From positions 2,666,001-2,730,000 of the forward strand of contig OZ316775.1 in NCBI GenBank assembly GCA_973851085.1: a stretch of DNA of 64,000 nucleotides, written 5' to 3'. This stretch comes from Ptychomitrium polyphyllum (taxonomy: Eukaryota). Below, one piece after another: positions 40,649-52,834 of this stretch. Under the pieces are notes generated by a model, which was given only the letters and a program-made list of their open reading frames with translations, ran no database searches and was not told the DNA's origin. How positions within the stretch are numbered: position 1 is the first letter of the stretch; each line of letters starts with the position of its first letter. A program made the translations under genes and the position numbers.

Positions 40649-41714
40649 TCAGAGAGCGATGGTGGCGACCACGGCAAGTGTGGCAGCAACCATGGCCTGG
40701 AGAGCAGTGGCGACGTTGTTTCCTGAGGCAGAAGATTTGGCAGCAGCAGAAGCAGCATCGATGGAGACCTTCTGGCCCGCATCGCAATGGCCCCCAGTGG
40801 CACAAATGAAGTAGCTGGTTCCAGCAGCCAGCTTGACGGTGTCCTTGCCAGTGGTCCACTTATTCAGAGGCGATGTGGTGATGCAGCCTGTGAAGTCGGC
40901 CTGGGTCACCTGAAACACATTGTGCAATGGGAGGTAGTTGAAAACTGCATAAACAAATCACCAAACCAGCCACCAATACAAGATTTAGGACCTGCAGATG
41001 GTATATTGCATCAAACGTCGAAATGACTTATATTCAAATGACCTCCCATTGGTCGTCGAGCACCTTCTCAATAAACTATCATTTAATCAACGTTGCAAAC
41101 TACAATGCAAAAAGACTGCTAGCATTTATCACCTTGCAATTAAATATGGATAAAAACCGTGCTTCTCAAGTGCAGCCATTCAATGTAGTATACATCTAAA
41201 TGGCACCATCTTGCATTTTACAACAATGCAAGGATTGTCCAAGTGCAGCTCAATCAGATCCAACTTTGAAACGAACTGATCTTACTTAAGCCATAAATGC
41301 GAATAATGTGCAGTTAGTAAAAACCCCCCCCCTACTCCCAACCCCCCAAGTATCACCAAACCTATCAAGTTCTAGCATTTGCCCGAACTCAAGATCGCTT
41401 TCTGAGTGAAGACCCCAGCTGATTGCTCATGTCATATCTACACAACCGCTAATACAATCATACCAGAACCAGCACTGCCTCCCGTTATTTAGTGTGTCCC
41501 AGGCTTGTCACTTACTGAGGTTGTCGCCTTCAGTGAAGGTTTCACCCTTGGCCCAAGTGGACAGGTAGTTGTCTGGTATGACGTTGCCATCGGGCCTGGT
41601 CCATCCTTGTGCTCCCCCCACAATGTGATCCATCCCCTGCACCGCCATGGCCCAGCTCACCACCAGCAGCGCCACCGCTACTTTCACCGCACTGCCCCTT
41701 CCCTGCCCCGCCAT
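40649..41714 (-). CDS. Phytocyanin (blue copper protein, stellacyanin-type His/Cys/His/Gln ligands), signal peptide and probable GPI signal
   Basis: Exons 41714-41516 and 40944-40649. MAGQGRGSAVKVAVALLVVSWAMAVQG signal; VGGAQGW, WAKGETFTEGDNLIFNY, HNVFQV, YFICATGGHCDAGQK; Ala/Ser linker and hydrophobic C-terminal tail. Confidence 0.92.
41688..41708 (-). promoter_or_regulatory. miR408-like target site in the phytocyanin signal-peptide codons
   Basis: mRNA GGGCAGGGAAGGGGCAGUGCG is near-complementary to miR408 (UGCACUGCCUCUUCCCUGGCU, recalled), with 3 G:U pairs and 1 mismatch. Same position (GRGSA) as in plantacyanins. Confidence 0.7.
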
Positions 41715-44303
41715 CTCTGCAGATCTGTCTCAGAATTTGAGATTTAGACCAAAGTACAGTGGATCAATCGGTGTCTGCAACACAAGCAGCACCACGAGAC
41801 AGAGTGATCGGAGAAGATGAACAGCCCCTCTCTTTCCCTCTCGGGTGTGCTGTGAGAGTGCAGACTCCAGAGAACGATTCGACCAGATCGGAGGAGGACT
41901 AAGTTCTGACTTCTCTTGCAAGCTCGCCTCCTTTAAGGCCTTTTCATCTTTTACACATTGAGTATTTTTGACCTCCTTCCATGTAGCCGCCATTTGTTTA
42001 AATTAGCCTTCGTACGTCGTCACTTGTCAAGTCCTGCAATATCTGTTCACATAAACATTCATTTGGAGACTAGAGGGCTAAAGAATTATTCTTTCATGGA
42101 GTGAGCGAAATAATCAAAGTTGAGGTAGGATGGTACTATCGAGAGATGGAAATTTCATTAGGGTTGAAGGAATTCTTGGAGCCAATAATGTGTGGTTGCT
42201 AGTGCTTCGCAACTTTTTTGTGACTTGACATGGGTTTAGCGGATCCTTGAGTCAGTTTGCTATTCACCAAAAGCTAGCACATCCTCTGTAACTTTAAAGG
42301 ACCAGTAGAAACTTACGACAGGTTTACTTGTAGCATTATTTCAAAAGTGTTTACTGTGTATTTCACATAGTTACAAGAATCCAGTGGTTCTCAAGGCATG
42401 TAAATATTTCATTTCGAAGGATGCTTATAGTTGGTGCACGGATTTACATGTTCATAGAACCTGAGATTGTTGTATGTATACTAACTCAGGCTCTCCGTAG
42501 TTCGTACTCCGTATTTGGACTCAATGCTTACAATAATCACTGAAACTGTATACAAATGTGGTCTTAATAAGGCAGACATCTTTTGCATCCCATGTTGAAA
42601 ACCTGTAAGCGTAAAAATATAACCTTGTTCCTCAGCATCAGGCGCACTGCATGCAATCCCCACATTCCAGCACAGCTTTTTAATAAAGTTGCCAACTTCA
42701 GCGCCGGTATGAATACCCAGCGGAGCCACCAACATCGCCGCTGGGCACTAGTAACTCACCAGCACATAATCTGACTGGGCAAGCTGGTCTACCCAGTTCT
42801 TCCATTCCTAAGATACTCATTGGCAAATTGGAACAAGGAGAGGTTAGGCATTGCGACAACTACAGAAGTACATGATAGTTACATGTACATTACTTAAAAC
42901 GGCATCAACAAAAATCTCCATTCGTTGTGAGTCCCAAATTCCAATTCCAATTACTATTGCCAACTTTGCCATTGCACTCAGAGCGAAAAATCTTAATGGT
43001 GCATTTTGAAACTTGTTCGGATTCAGCTAATTTATCTCTTGATACCACCGTGACTTAGATCTGCTGTGGTATTTTTTTGATGTTCCCAGCGGCTGCGTGG
43101 CCCAGTTCTGTACCTTCCCAGATTGGATTCTGTACAGTGTAATTAGCGCATTCATGCACACAGAGTGTGTTCACAAACTTACCTACCAGTCCCTCTCTCA
43201 TGGCTGAATCATCGAAAAGTATGTTTAACAAGCTTTTGATGGAGAAGTGGCAAGTCTCCAAATGAAATATAAATTTTAACCAAGTTAAGGTTTTACATAA
43301 GCTGCATAGGCCGTCTCCTAAACCCTTATCATGAGATGCCCTCTTGTTTAGGGTGATCGAAAAGCTTTCCCTAGGTTGTTTAGCATGACATTACACCGGC
43401 GAGTGTTATCTCAGTGGAATTCCAGACCAAACAACCAAAGATATGCACACTACAATGCTTGTCTGCTATAACACTGAAACACTTTAACATTGAAATGCTC
43501 GACGCGATAAGATCCGGCATGCAAGTGGATAGACAGCTCACAAAATCTCTGAAAACATTTGGCTACCCGATGACCATCAATGATTCAACATGGACCCTAA
43601 CTCAACGTTAGCGTCGTTTTCGGACCATCATATAATGACGGCGAGTGTAGAGTGCCTTCTTCTATTTCGTGCTGATTGCAGTGATCACAATACTTGTGAA
43701 TACATAAGCTGTGCTTGGTCTAGAATGCTTACGTACAGATCTGCTTAGAATTTGCACCCCATTATGATCAGATGACAAACATTTGGCTCACAGAAAAACG
43801 TAAAACTTTCAGGTAACAACTTAATGGCTGACAAGAAATATGGTGAAGTTGTACATAAAATCTCCTTAGCATGCTAACCTTATTCACCTTAGCTCACTGA
43901 CCTACCACAGCAGCAACAATCCAATTAAATTCTGAATAATACGCTTCAGGTAACGTGCAATCTGGAGTCATTACGGAGCACGAAAAAGATGTGCTTGATT
44001 CTTAAGAAACCAACTTATTCAACGTAGTCTTGAGGCCTGAGGTGATGAATACTAAGACAACTGTAAATCCTTAACCCTCAATATAATTTGCTCAAAGCCG
44101 ACTGTAAATGGATATTATTGGTGATAGTAAGAATGCTGCAGGGAATGTTTCTGTCTGTACAATAGTTCTCATCATGTATTTACACCACTGCTCGCGTAAG
44201 AGTGGTTTGACAACTAGAGTACCATATACACCCAAGCTTAAGGGGTGGATCAATGTATCTCACATTTCATGTCAAGCAGAACGGACACGATGAGTATCAT
44301 ATA

Positions 44304-47300
44304 TCAAGAACCCGAAATTCCAGCGACGATCTGTTGCTGATCAATCCACTTTACCAGCGTCCGCACAGGGTAGCCGGTTGCGGTACCAGTCTTCCGGTTC
44401 CACACTGGTCCAGCTATGTCCAAATGTGCCCATTCTGTACCTGGATCCACGAACTGCAATACACCTCCACGATTTAAATTTATTTGAAATTGCCCAAAAA
44501 CTAGAACAGAGGATTCAGTGATCTTCCAGTCCGAGCTAAATGATTGATCGTTTGAATTTATCCCTCCCTCTAAACGAGCGTTGATTTTACAACGTTTTCG
44601 TCATGATGCAGGATGGTTACAAATGGTGGATATTACGTGGTTGTAACTGGAATGACGTAAGATACAACAGGTGAAAAGACAGTATATCATAACAATCCAT
44701 ACCTCTTTTAAGAATAGCGCTGCCTTAATACTACCTCCATCGCGGCCGCTTGTGTTCACAAGGTCAGCAATAGAACTCTTAAGTGCCTCCTTATACCTTC
44801 ATAATCAACAATCACACCAATCAGGGAGCAATTAATTAAATGGCAAAAAACTATTAAATTTATAAACAATAAATAAGACATACCAAAAAAACAAAACAAC
44901 TATCTTGATGATCCAAGAAAAACTCTCTTGGGATCCAGAACAATGTTATCGGGATCAATAAGCATCAGATCACCATGTAGATCATAATGGGAATCAGAAG
45001 CTAGAAAGAACAGTAAAAGGTTTCAAAAAAGGTTACGGTTCAACGAGTGGCATCCGCCAGATCTTCTCTCCAGCAATCTGTGCAGCAGTTTCTAGCTGTT
45101 GCGCCATGGCAGCACTAGGTGTAAATAAGCCTGCGTCAAATAAAGACCATGACTTAGTTCCAATTCTATCCACATAACCATAGTTCAATACTGTACTGAA
45201 ATGTGTTTAGCAAGTAGAACAAAAATCATATACTGAAAATGAATGGTCTGATTCAATTAAGAATCGAGAGCTCAGACATGATCATTGAGTATCTAGAAAC
45301 TTGAGCTATATGCACTGAAACCAAGAACAAGACCCCATACCTCCCACATCATGTCCGAGAGCCACCACGCATGCTCCAGTCAAGGTTGCGAGGTCCACAA
45401 TCTGTTTACATAATGAGGTTACTAAAACAGAAAGAGGGGCATGCACTCTTCAAATTGCAGCAAGTCGAGACGTATGCCAATCTTGTCTACCAGTCCTGCC
45501 GTTTGATTGTGATTTAAAAGCACATATAAATAACGAAGAATGTTCATAAAGTCAAACCCAGAAGCAGAAGCGGGTAGGTGCTTTTAGGAGAAACCCGGTA
45601 GCCCACACAATGTGATTGAAACTGATAAACTCTCAGAGGAGATTGGACATACCGCATCCACACGGAGCCGACAAGCGTATACCAAAGAATCTGCAAGGGT
45701 CAGCCTGCCTTCTGCATCTGTGTTATTAACCTCAATGGTGATGCCGTTCATAGCTGTCACAATGTCTCCGGGGCGCATGCCCTTGCCACTAATCATGTTC
45801 TCGCATACTGCACTGATAAAGTGAACCTGCAAAGCCCCACCATCTGGCTCATCATAACAGCATCCATAAAATCGATTCATCTCCACGTGGCAAGATGAAA
45901 ATCCTAAATTGCAGCAGCGGCAAGGCCGAGAAAATCTGCAATAGTAACTGCTAAAACGGCAGAAGCTCAAATATTATCTTCAGAAAAAAACATATCATGC
46001 CTCAATGCCCTTTGGTTTCAGAGCTCCAATAGCCGAGGCTGCTCCAAGAGCTGCACCAGCTCCGCCCATATCGAACTTCATGAGTTCCACACCGCAATTT
46101 ACCCCTGTCTTAATGTTGTAACCTCCCGAGTCAAAGCAGATACCTGCCAGACAATGGTCGGTTCAATATTCAAACCTCAACTTTGTTAAAACGTACACAA
46201 TTTCAGCAACTCATTGTATCACAATCGTAGTTCGTACCTTTACCAACTATGGCCACCCTCTTGTACACAACGCCATCTGGGGGACAATATTTTAAGTGGA
46301 TGAACTTCGGTGGCTGATCCGAGGCATTCGCTACACCCAAAAACGCCCCCATTCCAAGAGCCTGAAAATCCGGGAAAATCTATGTAAGTCCAGTATTTAA
46401 CTTAGAAGCAACAGGCAAGAGGATAAACACTCACTCGTCCCAAAACAATCTGGCTGCAAGTTTATAGGGAAGTAGTGAACAGAAGGAAAAACAGAATTAA
46501 TCTGATAGCTTTCCGAAGTGTTAATCTTACGCCATGGTATTTGATCAAGAACTGTGCACAACTGCAACAGAAGACTGCCTACCTCACAATCTCCTTTCTC
46601 CAAAATGGTGCAGCTCAACACTTCTGGATGTGCCATGGCAATACTCACGGCTGCGTCAGCAAGTGCACCTGCAGAAACAACATTGAACTGGAGTATTAGT
46701 TTATAATGAACTAAATAGTATACTAAATTGTTAACAAGAGATTAGTAGCAAGACACAAAAAGAAGGAAATGCACAAGCACCTGGAGTCAACACATTGGCA
46801 GGGGCAGCAACTAATTGCTTTGCAACAATAACCCCAGCAGTAATACATACTGCTCGCCGCAGTGCTTCATCTCGATCGCTCCCGGTGCCTAGTGACATCA
46901 CTGCCACCTGTGTCAACTTTGACGGTTTGGCCTGGCATCATCCCCAAATTCCCACAACCCTCTTCTGTTCTTCAATTCAAACGGCAGACACTATCTTCAA
47001 CCTCTATCTTACATCTTAGTCAGCGTCACATCTATTGTAAAGTACTCGTATTAAGAGTCTAACCTGAAGTTCCCACCAACCTGTCAGATTCATCACACCA
47101 TTCTGAAAATTTTAAGCAGAAAACGAGAAACGTATCGACGTATGTAGTCCTTAGAGAGAATGAAAGCGTGTTCAACCACGCATAGTAAAACATTGTAAAG
47201 AACATTTATAGTAAGGAAATAATTGCAACAGGGTTAGAATTGAGTTCTCAAGTTGCACCCTATATCAATGCCAAACATAATTCGCATCTCAGAAGTCCGT

Positions 47301-48958
47301 GTCCTCTTAAAGTGTAGATTGTTATTATTAGGTGAGCAGCCTTGTTTGAGTATATCAACAATTAAATTAACCTTACGCCCTGGAGCGATTGACAGCTTCA
47401 CCGAATCAATTCTTCCCTTCTCGACTTTCGAATCCATCACATTATACACCTGTGTAAGTGATTTGCACTACTAATTACAACACCTGAAAAATTATTCTCT
47501 TGAGACACGAGTTGCTAACAACACAAACTGCCTAAGAACCTATCTCATGTCTTATTTTATTTCATGTTTTGTGTCATCTCATATTCTAATTACCCTGAAG
47601 AACTTATCGTTGTGGGGTACAGAACCTCAAGATCAGATAGGCAATTACGTTAGCAGCACATTTACCTCGGACTTGAAGCGGGTATCTTCGTAGGTTCCAA
47701 GAATAGCCCCCGACGCAATAGATTCCACTGCCACAAGTTTCGAGGGCTCATCCATGAGATTTGTATCCATGGCTGCCAACCCCATGCTACACATCTGAAA
47801 GCCACTCCCACCCCATGGACAATTCACATACAACTCATCAGAAAGTTTACGGATATGCATATTGATGTCCTTAAAGCCTTCGGTACTGAAACTGTCCTTT
47901 TTAAAATTAATCCGGTGTAACAGAACAAAAAAAAAGGGAGGGCTAACTCAATGTTCACAGATGACCACCTTAAGTTGTTTGGCGATCCGTGCTGCAGTAA
48001 ATCCTAAAATGCGCCACGAATCAGAAGCATACACAGCATCCATGACATTATGTGCTCGCCCCAAACCCACGAGGGCAAGTCTGCCACCCAGAAAACCACC
48101 ACGTTTATACAGCATATTCTCTTATTTTAACAATGTGAAAAGGAAGAACATGGTTCACCAATAAGAGAGAGCAGGCCAAACCACGCTAAAGATTGTGCAA
48201 AGAGGCGAAACAAATTCAAATACTACCTTTTGATTTTGCTCGAGGCTAGACGTACTACGGACAGTTGCCCCAACTTCCCTTTGAAGTCATCCTCGTTGGC
48301 CTACATTCACATACTTCCGCTATCACTTGCGACGTACTTAAAACACAGTTAGAAATCATTCACCTCTGCTGTAGATAACTAACGGATTATGAAGCAGAAA
48401 TGGTCGACAAATCATCTAAATTTCACAAGGCGTAAAGAATTGAAGCCAGGGAGGAAACACACGTACGAGTTCGCCTAACACCCCACCCATGACATAGTCA
48501 AGTTCCGCTAGGCCTGGGTGAAGAAATTTATTATCTTCAGTTCTGATAAGATTTTCTTCAAACACACCAAGGGCCAACACATCTCCTTCCCATTCATACA
48601 GGGCCCCATCATGCGCCCTTATATCCATCTGAGATCCACACACAACTAATTTATAATCAGCCTATTCATACCGACAGCTTCATCATACTAAGAGAATATC
48701 AACTTAAATTGTGCACGATTCACACAGCCCAAGGGTACATCACACAGCTTTAAGTCTCGACGATAATCAAAGTGTAAAAAGGGGAGACAGGGCGAAATAA
48801 CTTAGAAGTTTCCAGATTGATATTAATGCATGAGATGCTTTTAGGGTTAATACAAGCGCATAATGCTGGTGTTTCAGGTGTAGAAAAATGACCTCTGCAA
48901 CATCCGGGGGCGTGTGCTTAGTAAGGCCCAAAGTATTTCCATCTAGGTGAGTCGACAT
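44304..48958 (-). CDS. LAP: Leucine aminopeptidase (peptidase family M17)
   Basis: Exons (minus) 48958-48893, 48628-48467, 48300-48227, 48080-47969, 47794-47666, 46931-~46781, ~46667-46582, 46361-46238, 46143-46001, 45826-45653, 45401-45341, 45130-45037, 44796-44703, 44453-44304. Motifs [56 protein letters not shown] 5' UTR exon probably lies near 51443-51600. Confidence 0.93.
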
Positions 48959-51900
48959 CGTCCTGTACGGCCTGCTGTACAAACTGATATATATCCGCAT
49001 CAACACATCAAACACATCTATCAGTAAAATGCTGATCGTAAACCATAGCCAATGGGTACAGAACTTGAATGTCTGTTTAACGAGGCATTTAGATTCCCTC
49101 TATTTAACGAGACACGTAAATTCCCTTGACAGACTAGAAAGGACATCACGTATGTAGAATACCAAGAGACAGTAGGGTGCACTACTTTCTACACGTCCTC
49201 CAGGATACCAAAATCAGAACGACAGGATCCAAAGCTTCATTTACAGGATAATCAGAGCCATAATGTACTCGAATCTTTAAACCGAGGGAATCGACAGAAT
49301 ATACTGCGAAGAGGAACCTAATACGAAAGATAGTTGGATACACGTGATGAAGCATTACTGATACGTTGAGAATTTACTCACGACGAACTTGTTCGCATCA
49401 GATCCAACCTAATTCTACGTGTTGAAACATCTTCTATAATTATGTCTCAGGACCCACAAGCACATATACTCTAATAGCTTCATCGGGGTCAGCACACTGC
49501 CTGTGCATGATATCAATGTCCACACATGCGCAACTTAATCTAGAATATAGTTTGAGTTCCAACATACCCAACAATTCTGCAAATATCTCGGCTCTCAGTT
49601 CTAGTAAGCTTGATCACCACTAAAGTGCATCAAACTAAACAGGAGTTTGACAAATAGGGAAGAAGAGAAAACTCTACAAGGAAGAAAGATTGGTGAGCGC
49701 ACCCGTAATGTTGGTCGTAGTACCTCACTCACTGTCAGCTAAAGTACAATAAGAGGAACATAGTTGAGACTGAAAAGTGCAACCATAATTTCGCAGAAGT
49801 CAAGAAGAACAAACATACCGTACACTCTGTACACTCTTCAGATGATACGATTCGCTTCTAAACTTTTCATCTGACTATTTAAAAACGAAAACGGAGACTA
49901 AGTCGTCAGCGAAAATCGGAGGACATTCAAAGAGGCTAGTACAGATGTGAAACCTAAGAGCTGGAAGTAACGAGATGAAGAGAGAATTGTATAGCAAAAA
50001 GTTGCTGCAACGATGTCGCGTCAACCAGACTTGCCTTTAGATATGGTGATCGCTAATTGAGACAGTCGGAAAAGTTGAAATCCAAACGGGTTGAATTAGA
50101 GAGGAATTGGAACACAATTGCATATCCGACACTCTCTTTCCCCACACAACTTGACAATATAACAAGACCAGACGAAGTTTCTCTCCAATGAGGTTCACAG
50201 GTTCAACAAGCAGGAGCAAGACGTTATACAGAATTCTCAACCCATGTGCACAACCGTGCGTTAATCAAGAATCATCAGCGCCAACCCATATGTCTCGACG
50301 AAACTACAGTAATGCACAATGTATAACAACAGCATACTGCTGTTTCGCCCTAACGAGTGTAAATCAATTGAAACCCAGAATCAGAGACAAAATTGAAAGT
50401 GGGCACCGCTCATACTCGAGCGGGTAACCGCCAAACTCTTCAATTACATACAACTCGGAAATCGGTTCGAATTTTGAGACCAGGTCTGCAAAGGAGCACC
50501 AACTGCTAATCCACCACCACAACCTGCAAGCAATCTTGGGCTCGCACGTAGAAAGATCTCGGGTATGAGAACCAAAAAACATAAAACATCTTCAGGAAGA
50601 CATGGCTGTTGTCAACGGCGAGGACATCAACGCAGGCAAGAGCTAACTTGCTCTAAAATTTCTCTGTCCTAACCAACGGGATGTAAATCTCGCCAAGCAG
50701 GGCAAGAAACTTGGGATCGCACCTAACCTTCAATCGAAGACAGCAGGGCTGTATAACAGATCCTCCGCTGAAGGTGATAACCAAGCAACTGAGGATCGGA
50801 CTTCACACAAGCAATATACAATCCCGTCACAACCGTACCTCCAACAACCAGATGAATTCATACCAAAACGCACTCATGGTAAAGAAACAACAGCCACCTA
50901 TCAATCCTCCGCATCGCTCACGGGCTCCAATGCAACAAAACACCGCACAGTGAAACCATCACTCCACCTCAGCACCACGACACAACCCAATGCAAGCAAT
51001 CACCACCTAACTGACCGATACTCGCCAAATCGCACACTCCCGCTCCCGACACCCCGAACCAAACCACCCCTCTCCTTCGCCAATAGAAACTTTCCGGGAA
51101 TACGCCGTGTCGGCATAGAAGCTTCCAGAACCACAACGACACACGTAATGCAACCACACACCCAGTCTTCTCATCACACCATCAACTCTCCACAGTCTCC
51201 AACGCTGGAATACGGATTCCACCAAGTGCAAACTCGGGACACAGATTCGATAACCACGAAAGGATTCGCGACTCCAAGACCACTCCACCCATCTCAACAC
51301 CACCAACAACATCATCAACCAAGGCTAAACCCAGAGACGACCACTTCTTGCACATCGCAGCAATGGCATTCACATCACCATGATCATCACAACATGAGCA
51401 CCACGATCATCACATCATGAACACCAAGAATGTGGTCACCATACCCGAACGCAAACCGCACAGATTCTTCGCCTCTTGTGTCCTCTTGTCTTCTTCTCTG
51501 CTCTCCACTCCTCGAAGCCAAGAAAGAAGCTCTCTCTATATCTGCATCCAAGTCTAAGTCTCTGTGTGTGTGTGCATCTCACTCTCTCTCTCTCGCCCTC
51601 TTCAGCCGTCTTACAGCGTCAAGGCATGTGGTGTGTTGATAGTGTCGATGTGTTGAGCCTCATCTCATCTCATCTGCATCCACAGGTGCAGCATCATCAT
51701 CGTCATCCCATCATCCTAGTGCGAGAGAGAGAGAGAGAGATCCCTCTCACTGTTCCGCAATAAGCGAGTAACGAAAATTCTTTTTCCTACTCAGAGAGTG
51801 GCAACCCACAAGTGCATCACTGACGTCGGCGAGAGTGCGAGGGCATCAGAGAAGATAGAAACTGGGATGCGTCGCACAGGTCTTCACCCATATCGCAGGT

Positions 51901-52371
51901 CGCGCTGCTCCGAGTGAGAAAATCGTGCGACTCGTGAAGATTCGCGGTCCTCCACACGACCGCCGCCGCTCCTCACGAGCCCGCTTCCTCACGCTCCCAC
52001 AAGTTCCCTGTGGTTCGCTTCGGTTCCCGGAGGAGCCTCCGTCGGCATTCCCTCCGCTACCATGCAAAGATTTCTTGTCTCATCTGGTGCCTACCAGCGG
52101 TTCGCTGGCGTGGGGAACGAGCGTTTCCGCAGTGGTGGTCTTTGTAATTTCTTTTTCCTCTCTGTCGTTCCTTTTCTTTTTCTTGCTCATCTCGATAATT
52201 TTCGATCCCCTGATGTTCCTTTCTGGTTCCTACATGTTCTCACAGGTTCCCATTTGTTCTTGGAGGTAATTACTGGTTCCCTTGACGTTTTTACTGGTCC
52301 TCTACGGTTTTCTGAGGAGTTCCCATGTGCGTTCTGTTGGTGAAGGCTCATTGTCTCATGTGGAACCGACG

Positions 52372-52834
52372 ATGGTGGTCATTGAGGCTTCTGCTACTGT
52401 GGAGAGCGAGAGTTCCCTTGGTGTTCGGCTCCTTTCCTACGCTCTTGTGTTCCTTTCTTCTTTTCTTTTTTCACCAACTGTTCCTATCTCTGTCTGTCTC
52501 TTCAGTACGTGAAAAGTTGAAAAACGGTTAAAAAAGACACGAATGGAACAAGTTGCAGCGCTTTAAAATTGTGGAACTGAGGACTCTGACCACTGACCAG
52601 GGCTGGCCAGAGCGTGACCTCATGAGTGCTCAGGATTTGCTTCAAGTATTGAGTGGGTTCACCTCAAACCACACCAGTCCACATCAGAGGTGAATTATTT
52701 CGAATACGGAAACTCTTCTACTGGACAACCATCACAACACACAACATAGCTGGAGATAATGAAGTTAATGAAGATATTTTGCACATCTAGTAAGACAATA
52801 AGAATCAGTTTCAGGATGTAGTAGATCACTCCCA
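52372..52834 (+). pseudogene. Spliced gene remnant with a helix-extended-helix (Rho_N/SAP-like) segment, in-frame stops (tentative)
   Basis: ATG 52372, pyrimidine-rich GT-AG intron 52421-52505, then VREKLKNG*KRHEWNKLQRFKIVELRTLTTDQGWPERDLMSAQDLLQVLSG...*; further donor at ~52835. Confidence 0.3.

Noticed and set aside
50950..51420. 156-aa His/Gln/Thr-rich ORF
   Set aside because: Antisense to the GT-rich leader intron of LAP; compositional artefact
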